Shown one piece after another: positions 13,651-24,941 of a stretch of 64,000 bases of DNA; the first letter of the stretch is position 1, and every line of letters starts with the position of its first letter. Under the pieces are notes generated by a model. The model searched no databases. It saw nothing but the letters and a program-made list of their open reading frames with translations, and was not told the DNA's origin. Both the position numbers and the translations under genes were made by a program. The stretch comes from Paragordius varius (Eukaryota > Animalia > Nematomorpha), in NCBI GenBank assembly GCA_964247055.1, contig OZ176052.1, positions 2,604,001-2,668,000 on the forward strand, given 5' to 3'.

Positions 13651-15164
13651 ATATATCATTATACACCTTAAATAAATCGATTGATACTATATTTCATGTT
13701 GCGATCGAACTTGTATCCTAACAATGGATAATTGCGTACTTTTTATTTATATACTCATAATTTTTTAAGTTTAGCGATTTAGTTTTTTTAATTTTGAATC
13801 TATATATATAATGATAAATCTTTTCTTCAAGACCATATTTTTAGACCTTGATCTTTTTTATAACTGACCGTGTTGCAAATTAGGAAATAGAAAAGATTCT
13901 CTTATATATATTTTTTGATATTGTATTTATTTACTTTATTTTGGATGAATTAAGGTTATATCTCAAAAAAGTTTGTCTTTGGGTTGGTTGTATTGCCCTT
14001 ATAATTTCAATTTTTACTGCTCAGAATATATATATATATATATTATATATATAATTGTTTTGTATACACTGTATACATCATTCATAAATGCGCTAAAAAT
14101 TGGCCATTTTCGATTGACGCCTATTTCATAAAAACTTGATGGCTTAATCAATATTATATTAGCTTCAGATTTTACCAAAAATACAAGTCCCCAAAAAAGC
14201 ATTTTTGAAAAACGTATAACAGTAAAAGAATAAATTAAGCGCTACATAACGTGTGTTGATGGTCGATGGAATTCGCCCTTTTATAAATATATGAAAATGC
14301 AGCCCATACACTTAATATGTGTTTGGAGGCGAAACAGGGCAGGCTAATTTTTTAAACGAATATAGTGTTAAAATTATTTTTGAGATGGGTGGGGCGAAAC
14401 CGAGTTTATATAAAAACAGCTTCCTCACCCTCGGCGCATTCGTAATTTGATAAATAATTTGACCTTTGATTTCGGATGGATCTTTCTGATTTCCGAAAAA
14501 TTGCTATAACAAATATTTTTCCCAAAGATCCCATTTTTAACGGGCGACTATATGATGGAATAAAAAACGCGGTCCTCTGTACATTCACAAATAACATTGA
14601 CAAAACCCTTACTGAATTCCAATAGGCCCATACATTTTTGCGAAATTCCTTAAAACACCATTTTTAGGGGCATGGCAATTAACTGCAGAAACAGAAAAAA
14701 GGGCTATCTTACTCTCGGGGCATTCAAAATTGGTTAAGATATTTCCACTTTAATTCGTATGGGCCTTCTTTTTTTTCCAGAATCACTTAAAATTCAATAT
14801 TTTTAAAAATCTATTCTTACACGGGCGGGGCTAAAAAGGCTAAATCATTTTTGCCGCCTTCCTAAATAGAAATATCATTATTAAAATTGAATAGATCTAG
14901 CAACTTAAAAGCACATCATTTTTTTAAGAATCCCATTTTATTTGGGGGTGGGGAGGGAAGTAGGACAAAATATAAAGAATGGCTAAACTCCCGGTGTGTT
15001 CGTGATACTAATAGAAAATAACTTTTATCGAAAAACATTCACTTCCGGAATTCAAACCAAAAATTGTGCAGATACCAATTCCTTAAGAAGTTTGGGTTAA
15101 ATTTATAGGCTTATTTTAAAAGGTTCGTCTAAAATCTGGGGGGCATAAAAAATTACCTGATAAA

Positions 15165-16750
15165 ACTTATATATTCTGATAGGAAAATGTATCAAGATTA
15201 TCAAGGTGCTTTTTGTTTTGGCCCTTATACTAAGTTTTTTACACTTTGATAAGTGGTCCATATCAGAAAATGTCAAAATTTCCGCACATTTTTTAAATAA
15301 TATATTTGGTTAAAGAAATGCATTCAAAAAATCCCCAATTTTTGCGCTTCTAAAATGAGCTAGTTCTATTAAAATAAACGAAAAAATGCCGGAATTGCGC
15401 GATAAAGATTTTAAAACATATAATAAAATTTGACATCAAAAAATATTTTTAAAAAATGCAGCATACATTTCACAAAATTAATTTTTAGCAAAATTTTGTT
15501 GTTGCATACTTCATACTATTTTTAGATATGATGAAAACGATATAGAAACGTTTTTAGATTCTAAATTAAACCACCTTTTCCATCGAATTCGATGATGCCT
15601 AACATTTCTATCGCTTCAGAATTTTAATTTAGAGGACAGATTACTTTCAAATTTATGATTTCTGTAAAAAATCAATTTATATTAACTTAAATTTGACAAA
15701 GAAACTTTTTAATTAAAATTGTGAGGCAAACTGTTCATCATTAAAAGTGTAAACTATTAGAAGGCGTTTGTATGCTGTTTCCATCCTACCTTGCAACATG
15801 AAGTACGCTTCAACAAAATTTTGCTAAAAATATAATTTTTTAAAGGTACTTAAACAATATTTTTAGTTGATATTAAAATTAACACTTCGATCAAATTGGG
15901 GTATCTAAATACCCCAGACTAAATTTGAATTAGGATTTTTAAAAAACTACTGAATGAAACGGTCCCAATTTAAATTTATGCTTCTATCCTATTAAAAATT
16001 ATATAAATATGCAAAAAATTCTAAATAAAATTTTGTTTTGAGAAAGTTCCATGTCAAACTACTACGACGCCATTTTTATTTTACAAAATTTTTGCAATAT
16101 ATCGTCTTCATTTAATTTTAAGGGTAAAATTAAAGCTAATTTTTTATTTAATTTATATCAAACATTGATATATATTTTGTTTTATTTTTCAATTTTACCA
16201 TTGCATATATGTCACGTTGACAAAATTTTAAACTTTCGGTTTTAGCTTAAAATAAGTTATATCAAGTATTTTTGAATAAATTTTTTTATATATATCGGTT
16301 TATTAATGTTATAGAAGTGCAAATTTTTGCTTGGTTTCGATTTCTTCCATATTTTGAAAAGAATATAATTTTAAACAGGCCTGGGGTATCTAACTACCCC
16401 AAATTGAATCGAAGGACTCAAATGAATGAGTTGTATCCAAGTGTTAACAATATATTTAAAATTTTATCGCGCCATCCCGGCATTTTTGAGTTTATTTTTA
16501 TAGAACTAGTTCATTTAAAAGGAACGAAAAAATTTTAGACTTTCGGAGCTCAATTTAAATATAAAAATTGTTAAAAAAAAATTGTTTCACTTTAAAAAAT
16601 AGTTTAGATATTTTAAGTGATATTTTTTGGAAAGAAATACTTTTTACCAAAAAAATTTTTTTATAAAAATGTGCGCAAGTTTTGCCATTTTTTGATATGG
16701 AACACTTACCAAAAATTAAATAACCTTATATCACTAACAGGTTATTTTTG
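15165..16750 (+). mobile_element. Foldback element with long imperfect TIRs (family A), interrupted by a family B insertion
   Basis: Left CATATCAGAAAATGTCAAAATTTCCGCACATTTTT pairs with right AAAAATGTGCGCAAGTTTTGCCATTTTTTGATATG. Collinear with 57785-59099. Boundaries are approximate. Confidence 0.7.
15883..16443 (+). mobile_element. piggyBac-like non-autonomous element (family B), 561 bp
   Basis: TTAA|CACTT...AAGTG|TTAA termini and subterminal inverted repeats TGGGGTATCTAAATACCCCAG / CTGGGGTATCTAACTACCCCA. Confidence 0.8.
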
Positions 16751-17556
16751 TGACTGTGTTATAAAAAATGGGCTTCGCTTATCGGAAATTTTCAAACTCG
16801 CAATTTAGTCAATTTCCATTTTTTTAACCTCCATATTTTACCATGATTGAGAGATTACCTACCTCTCCTTAGGCGCAAAATTTCAAACTTCAACTTGAAT
16901 GTCTAAAACAGTGGTATTCACCAAAAAAATTTGACGGGCCAAATAAAATATATTTTTTTTTCGAGGGCTATGAACCTTATAATGGCAAATATTCCATAGC
17001 TATTTAACACATATGCACATATTTATACTCTAAGTCAGCACAATGAATTTCTTGCGGATCGCATGTAAATCCAGCTAAATCGTTTACCATTTAGTTAAAA
17101 AAATTAAAATATTTTGGTAACAATTTTTATTTCGATATTAACCAATATTTTTTGACAAATTTGGTTTCACCTCATGACAGGCCAATCTTAATACGTCGTC
17201 CATATGATCATCGGTTAAGCGGTTTCTGTATGTATTCTTGACATATTTTATTTTTGAATATGACGTCTCACACGTATAAGTTGAGGGAAAAAGAGTTAGG
17301 ATAACTTGGGCACATTTTGTATATTTTTATATTTATTTGGAACATCTTGCCAAAACTCTATATATTTTTTTCTCTACGATTCTCTTTGAATATCCAAATT
17401 GGAATTTTTAAAACCTACGAAATGTTCAATGATATACGCCTGATCAAAACCGAAATGCTCTCAAGTTCTTTAATATTGAATATATACATATGCCATGGAT
17501 TTTCAACGAGTTTTAATCAATTTTTGATATAATTTAATTTTTGAAATCTGAATTAT

Positions 17557-19384
17557 GGGCCTAATGAATAAAAACAAGCACCTACTGGGTAGTAGGTGCT
17601 TGATAGTATGTACCAGTTTTTGAAAAAACATTGAATAAAAATAGGTGCTTACTATCATGTACGTACTTAAGTCTTTAGTATGTGTAAAATGTTTATTTTC
17701 ATTTTGTTTTTTGTTAGTTTTCGATTTCATTCATAAAATGCGTTTGAAAAATTCATAAAGAAAATTAGAAAGTCTAACTTTTGGAAAATAAATATCGATT
17801 ATCTACCCATATTTTTACATATTAATACACATTTATTCATAAATACACAAAAAATAAATCAAAATAATGTAATGTTTGAACAATTGAATCTCGTTTCATT
17901 TTGCCAGCCTTGAGTATTTGGGTTAGATCAATATTTGCTTCACAATCCTCCGCATATTCAATATCAAAATATGAATTAATTTGGATACATTATGTATGGA
18001 ACATGTTAATATAAGTTTTGGGATTCGTTCTAGATTTAAACGAATTTCATTACCAGGTATAGGAAATCGGGTCTTCATCTGACCGAAAACCAGCGCTCGA
18101 TAATGCTTCTTTCAGAACAATGTAATTTATTGAATTTTTTCCGTTATCGATCATCGTATTTTTGAAGGGGGTTAGGAGCCAGGATGATAGAATATGGATA
18201 TCCATTATTACCTAACAAACAGAAATCATTTTATTTGCACATATATGACTGAACAATCGTGTTTCGCCATATCCTTGAATCATGTACATATCCTGGCCAT
18301 TGTGCAACGTATGTAATTTCTCTTCATTGGCATTACATGTAAATTGTACATTGAGGGTACATCAACCCTTTCTATTTATATAGGCCTCAACATTTCTTTA
18401 GGTCTTAATATTTCAAAGTATGAACAAACTATGCAACCAATAGCAGTTGGCATTTTATATTTGGATAGCCATAATTTGCCATATTAAGCTCTTCAAATGA
18501 CTTGGAAATTTTTACCCAATGAGATTTTGATATTATTTCGTCCATAACTTTAGGTATAGTTTTGCATATTGTGGAACTATGAACGTTAAAATCATGTCCT
18601 ATACCCGCTTGATATCCCGGATCTCCAAGAAATCTTAACACAAAATCTAGATTATGATATTATAAATTCCATATGCATCCTGGGACTTAGTTTCCTAAAA
18701 GATATATTTAATTTTTAACCAAAATATGAAAAGGTCATTTTATCTTAGTCATAACTCGAATTTGAATAAATCGGTGGTTTTTTATATAGAAAATAGCTTC
18801 ATTCAAAAATATTCACTCAAATATAAAAAAGTTAAATGTTTATAATATAAAATTAAGGTCATTATAAAGAATATAAACTCAAATATTTTACACAAAAATG
18901 AAATGATGGAAGAAAATGATATAATTCTGGACATTCTTGGAAAAAAACCAATATTTTTTAACAAGAGTAATAATCTCTGCAAATTGAACTCACAAAGCTT
19001 AAAATAGAGTAGGAAAAATTTATTATTAATAATAAAGCAAATAATATTTAATAAATATATTAATAAGTTTATATTTATATATATATGAATCATGTATAAA
19101 AAAACATTTATCTTAGAAATTTTATAAAAATATAACCGGTATTATTTTAAGTGAAAAAATTATAGTTTAAAATGTTGCCATTTACCAGCTTAAAAAAAAC
19201 CAGTAAGTACTAGGTAAAATTTGTAAAAAGACAATTTTTATTCAATGATATTTATCAGTAAATACTGGTAAACATAGTACGTACTGGATAGTAAAAACAA
19301 TATAATTTTTTATTCAATACATAGCTAGTATATACTGGAAAAAACCTAGTTTTTAGCATATACTAGCTTTTATTCAGCAGGCCC
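17557..19384 (-). mobile_element. PIF/Harbinger transposon, degenerate, 1828 bp
   Basis: TIRs GGGCCTAATGAATAAAA / GGGCCTGCTGAATAAAA (15/17) and 3-bp TSD TAT. Broken DDE_Tnp_4-type transposase at about 17950-18640 (LRFLGDPGYQAGIGHDF, YINRKG, WPGYVHDSRIWRN, ERSIIER). Confidence 0.9.
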
Positions 19385-21192
19385 TATATCTCATTAGATA
19401 AAAATGTAAGATGATCTATTATTAAATTAATCTCCGCGGTAAATTCCATATTTTCTTCATGAATCTTTTTAAGTGTTGGAAAATATAGGAGTGTTTAATT
19501 TATAAAATCTAGTTTATATTATTAATTTTAAAAGATATTACATTAGCAAATTGATTTATTATTTTGCTTCCTTAACGACGTATTAAAAAAGTTTATAATA
19601 ATGTCGCAAAGGTAGGCTAACGAAACCCACCATATGTCGCTATTAATTTCCTCGTCAAACTTTCTGTTATCTTTTATAAATAGAATTTCATGTCTTAAAA
19701 CAAAAAATCTATTTAATACTTTGCTATAACCATCTCACAGCGGTGTACAAAAGAATATAATCAAACTCACTGTCGATATCTTTCAAAAGGTTTTTGAATT
19801 TACGGCGGTTGAATTCACTGCCACGGTTGCGGTTAACTATATCCACAACCGTTTTAATTACTGAATTCAGTGATTCATCTTTTACACGCGAAACCAAGTT
19901 TGATGAATAAAGCAGTGAAAGGATAAAATATTTTGTAAATTATATTTGTTTTTCAAAAGAGGAATAAATCTTTTGGTTATTCCAATCATAGAGGGATAGC
20001 CATCTGTGCAGATTGAAACCATTTTTTCATAGATATACCATTATTATCGAAAAAGGTGTTAATTATTTTGAGAAAATCACTTCCTTTCGTGGTATTCATT
20101 GGTACAAATTTTAAATATCTATCGTTGACTATGTTGTCGTTGCAAAATCTTACTAAGAGCGCATTGTACTAATATCAGTGCTAGAATCAATAGCATTACT
20201 AAAATATTTGCAGTTTTTCAGAGCCAATAATGTATTGTAAAAATATATTTAGACATATCTTCTATGCGTCGAGCACATGTTGCAGAAAGTTAAAGTTTTT
20301 TAATTTGCCTCATGATTTGATCTTTATATGGAATTTATCAAATAAAAAAGTGAAACCATTTATTAGACATTCTTTTAGTTGGCAATCAACCAACGGTTTC
20401 ATATTTTTCCTAAAATATAACAAATTTCATACTAAGCTAATTATACAACTTCTGGGAGAAAGCTATGGACATAATAGATTTTCCTTTCTGGTATAATTCC
20501 TTAATCTTTTTATATCTTTCGTTTTTCTTTATGATTTTCTGGTAATTTATGAGAAAAATGGATTGTAAAATTCTTTCAATATTGTATTTTTTTATAATTA
20601 TGTTCTCCTTACATATAGCGCAGGTAACAACATTTTTATTTTAAACGACAAAGAATTTATCTTCCCATTCTTTTTAAAGGGCGATTCGGATAATTTACGT
20701 TTTTTAGCATTAGATGTTATCCTTTGAATTTATGTTTAAATAATATGTAAATTTTTTCAAAAATAGGAATATAATTTGAATTACGCTATAAAAAAACAAG
20801 TTGAAATTTAATGATGTTTATTTGAAAAATAATTTATGGGAATGAGTTATAAAAAATGAGACGGGAATATGAAATGAATATTTATATGCAGGTTTGGGTG
20901 AAAGTAAGGTGACCAGACGTCCCGCTTTTGGCGGGACAGTCCCGCTTTTTCACACTTTGTCCCGCGTCCCGGTACGTTTTTAAAATGTCCCGCTTTTTCA
21001 CGATTATATAAAAAAAATTTTTTTTAATACTAATAAATTTTTTTATCCGTTTATATTTTTTATCATTAAATATCTTTAAAATCTATTCAATTTTAAATTA
21101 AAATTTTTTATTTTTAAATTAAAATTTTTATTTTTTTCGAATTTATATCATATGATTATACATTTCTTCCTACTACTACTGTCATCATTATC

Positions 21193-21580
21193 AAAAAGCC
21201 AAGTTAATACCACAAATCTCTAGATTAAAAGACAAATTAATAATACCACAAATCGGTAGCTTACATGTTTATTTCAGAAAATTAAGGTAATATAATATTT
21301 ACTATGCTAATATTTTAGTTTTATTACTTGCAAACATATCAAAAAGCCAAATTAATACCACAAATCGGTAGTTTAAAAGACAAATTGATACCACAAATCG
21401 GTACCTTACACGTTTATTCCAGAAAGTTAAGGTAATATAATATTTTAGTTTTATTACTTGCCAACATTATTAAAAAGCCAAATTAATACCACAAATCGGT
21501 AGCTTAAAAGACAAATTGATACCACAAATCGGTACCTTACACGTTTATTCCAGAAAATTAAGGTAATATAATATTTATTA
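21193..21580 (+). repeat. Three tandem units of about 130-150 bp upstream of the Blackjack transposase
   Basis: Units start at 21193, 21341 and 21472 (AAAAAGCCAA). Each carries two ATACCACAAATC motifs. Confidence 0.9.
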
Positions 21581-21601
21581 TACTAATAGTAGTTAATAAA
21601 T

Positions 21602-23340
21602 ATGATCACAAAAAGAGGTTGTAAATTCAACGATGAATTAATGAAAGTTTTTCTTTTATCAAAAAAACGAAAAATGAATCATCTGTTAAATGTCTTATAT
21701 GCGAGGGGGAATTCACCCTAGCACATGGTGGCAAGCATGATATTACAAAGCATATGGAAACACAGAAACAAACTTTTTTTAGATATGGTGGCATCATCTT
21801 ACAAAATGAGCGGTTTTTCGAAAAACCGCTTTTGGAGAAGAGAAAAGAATTTGGCACTAGCTGAGGGCGTGTTATCTTTTCACGCCGTTAATCACAATCA
21901 TTCCTTTAGATCTATGGACTGTACCTCACAGGTTATTCGCACCTTATTCAATAAAAAATTTACATGTACCCGTACAAGGGCTGAAGCCATTGAATGCAAT
22001 GTCCTTTCGCCACATGCATTTTCTGAAAACAAAAAGATTTACTGAAAATTAATTTCTCATCGCTATACTTTGATGCATCTCGCAAGGAAACAAAATTATT
22101 TCCCACTTTAATAAGATATTTTGATCCAGAAACTGGAGTAATTAAAATTTTAGATTTTATTTCGCTACCCGGTGTAAATTCCGACATAAGTTTTACTTCA
22201 ATAATGAATATTTTAGAAAATAATAATTTAAAAGACAAAATCATCGCATATAGCGCTGATACCATTACGAACTTCGGTGGAAAAGCAAAAAGGGGAACGA
22301 ATAATATTCATAAATTAGCAGATAATCTTAATTAAAACATTATTGGCGTTGGGTGTGCAGCGCATATAATACACAACGCTATTCAAACAGCTGCTGATTT
22401 GTTACCCCTAGATGTGGAAAATTTAATTATTAAAATATATATCTTTTTTATATATACACCGTACGCGTTGAAACGCTTAAGGAATTCTGTGAAAATGCAG
22501 AAGTTCAATATCAAAAAATGCTTGGATATTGTAAAACTCGTTGGTTAGCTCTTCTGCCAGCTATCGGAAGAATTTTAAAAATGTATGATCCTTTAATATC
22601 CTATTTTTTATCACAGGACAAATGTGCTACAACTTTGGAAAAGTTTTTTGAAAGTGTTTCTTCAAAAATATGATTAGAGTCCCTACATAATCAAGCTTCT
22701 CTCTTTCAAAATGTTATTAAATTGATAGAGGGTGACAAAACTTCGGCAATTGAATTAGTCAATTAAGTTAGAACCTAATTCCAATGTCAAGAAAGGTTAG
22801 AAAATAATTTTATACCATTAACCATCCGCAATATAAATAATTTAGAAAAACAAGGCTTAATCAATCGCCAAGATATCCTGTACCATATAAAAATGTTTTA
22901 TACAAACTGTAAAGATTATGTGGAAGACTGGACGACGCAATTCAATGAAATTTATCATTTTCATTGGATAACATTAAAACCATAATTTAATTGGTGCGAT
23001 GTTCAAAAATCATTTGATTATATCTGTTCCCAAAAATTATTAGTTAAAAGATATTATAATAATGAAAAACTTAAATTATGGACAAAAAAATATACAGTAG
23101 AAAAGAAATGGTTGGAAATATTTCATCATTTTGAAGCCAACTATATTACATACAATCATATTTTAAAAATGGATTTCGCATTATGTTTATCTGGAACAAC
23201 GCTGCTACTGAGCGCGTTTTCTCCACAGTAAATCAGGTGTGGACATCGGAAAAATCAAATTTAAATGTTAAAACTTTAAAGGCCGTTTTATCTGTCAAAT
23301 ATAATTTGACAAATTCTTGTGAATACTTCTAAAATATTTT
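21602..23340 (+). pseudogene. hAT transposase pseudogene
   Basis: BED-like KCLICEGEFTLAHGGKHDITKH, GCAAHIIHNAIQTAAD, KTRWLALLP, ERVFS and WTSEKSNL motifs, with several stops and frameshifts. Confidence 0.9.
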
Positions 23341-23426
23341 AAAAAATGATGACAATCTGCTAAAACGCATTCAATATACCAAAGAATAAAATATTTTCTT
23401 ATATTTATAAAGAAAATAAAAATTAC

Positions 23427-24244
23427 TTAAAATATTGTATAAGTCTTCATAATTTGTCAAATTATATGAACACATAAAATGGCTTTTATTCAACATTTAA
23501 ATTTGATTCCGTGTCCTTACTTAAATTACTGTGAACGCGTTCAATAGCAGTGGTTCAGGTAAAGATAATGCAAATTCTACAATTAAAATATTATTATATG
23601 GAACATAATTTGTTTAAAAATGATTATTTTAACCATTTCTATCCTACGTATTTTTTTCTGTTGTCCATAATATAAGTTTTCATTCAATATAATTGTTTAA
23701 TAATGAGACTTCATAAAAAAGTGTCATTGTGCACCGTCTTGCCTTACAAATAATCATTTCTGTTTGTATAAAGCATGTTTATATTCTGGCTATTCATTGA
23801 GCCTTGTTTTTCTGGATGCTTTATAATATTGCGATTAGGTAATGGTATAAAATTATTTCTAACCTTTTTTGACTTGGAAGTTTGACCTTTGTCCAGTGAT
23901 AAAAAATAGGACTCTAGGAGATCACATTTTTATAAAAATTTCAATCGCTGGCAAAAGAGCTAACCAACAGTTCTACAATATCCAAGCATTTTAACATCTA
24001 TATTTTCCACATCCAGGGGTAACAAATCAGTAGCTGTTTGAATAGCGTTCTGTATCTACTAATAATGCTTTGATTAAGATTATTCGCTAAATTGTTAAAA
24101 ATATTTTTGTGCCGCTTCTTGCATACCCAGCGCATTTTGTAATGATTTCGTCTTTATTATTTTTTTCTAGAATATTACAATCACTTCACCCTTTGTTCGT
24201 GCACTAAATTTATTGAATAAGGTACAAACAACCTATAAGGTACA
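23427..24244 (-). pseudogene. Inverted, multiply deleted second copy of the same transposase
   Basis: The reverse complement aligns in ordered blocks to 21920-23342, e.g. AACGCTATTCAAACAGCT.CTGATTTGTTACCCCT.GATGTGGAAAAT, AAAATGCTTGGATATTGT and AATCAAATTTAAATGTT. Confidence 0.9.
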
Positions 24245-24941
24245 AATTTTTTTATATTTATAATGTATTTGTGTTAAAAATAAATAAATATTACAATTAA
24301 TTTTTTGTATAAAAATTTTTGGTTGTACCCCCAATGACCCCCCCCCCCTTCTCAGTGTCCCGCTTTTTCCTTCAAAAAAATCTGGTCACCTTAGGTGAAA
24401 GGCTTGCTTAAATACAAAAAAGGAATGCAATAAAAATTTCAAAATAGAAAAGAGAATAGAATACAGAAACAGAAGAACGTGTGCCAAAATTTTGAAATTA
24501 TTTTAATGTAGCGAAATTTTTTACATTTCAAATTGGGTAAATAATAAAACTACCAAAATTAAATCTAAAGAAAATAAATTAATATTAAAATAATCGAAAA
24601 TTCGTTTATGTGTTAAAATAATAATATAAGTATCAATATGGTCATAGAGCAATTTTAAAGCACTCTTAAGGCTGCATGCGGCCCGCTAGCGCGGTTTGAG
24701 TATCACTGGTCTAAATGATCACATTTTACATAAGCATTATTATAAATCTGAATAAATTATTTTATTTTAATTAGCCTTTCTAAAAAATTATATAATGAGC
24801 CTAAAATTTAAAATATCTAGACACGATTTATGATATTATGCATTGGAACTCAACAATTTATCCAAATATCTTCGTGTTTTATATATTGATATAAAAGCAT
24901 TAAATGTAAAATCATAAGGTATATGCATCTAATAATACAAC

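Larger units (their letters stand above)
20905..24393 (+). mobile_element. hAT Blackjack-type element, 3489 bp
   Basis: Perfect 13-bp TIR TAAGGTGACCAGA / TCTGGTCACCTTA, perfect 8-bp TSD GGTGAAAG (20897-20904, 24394-24401) and repeated GTCCCG subterminal motifs. Confidence 0.95.
16909..24708 (-). mobile_element. Degenerate hAT Buster/Charlie (SPIN-like) transposon, about 2.47 kb after removing two nested elements
   Basis: TIRs CAGTGGTATTCACC (16909) and CAGTGATACTCAAACC (minus strand from 24708). TSD GTCTAAAA / GTCTAAAT is 7/8 with the central TA typical of Buster. Decayed minus-strand transposase motifs at about 19400-20740 (EWEDKFF, CAIC, ARRIEDMS, FSNAIDSSTDIS, CTDGYPSMIG, FHCFIHQ, YTAVRWL) and about 17130-17550 (STYTCETSYS, RNRLTDDH). 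Confidence 0.9.

Noticed and set aside
21193-21580. Repeat array as a CRISPR candidate
   Set aside because: The units are whole tandem duplications without unique spacers, there are no cas genes, and the context is eukaryotic.
17950-23340. In-frame stops in transposase frames as a sign of an alternative genetic code
   Set aside because: They are accompanied by frameshifts, while all host genes translate cleanly in the standard code.
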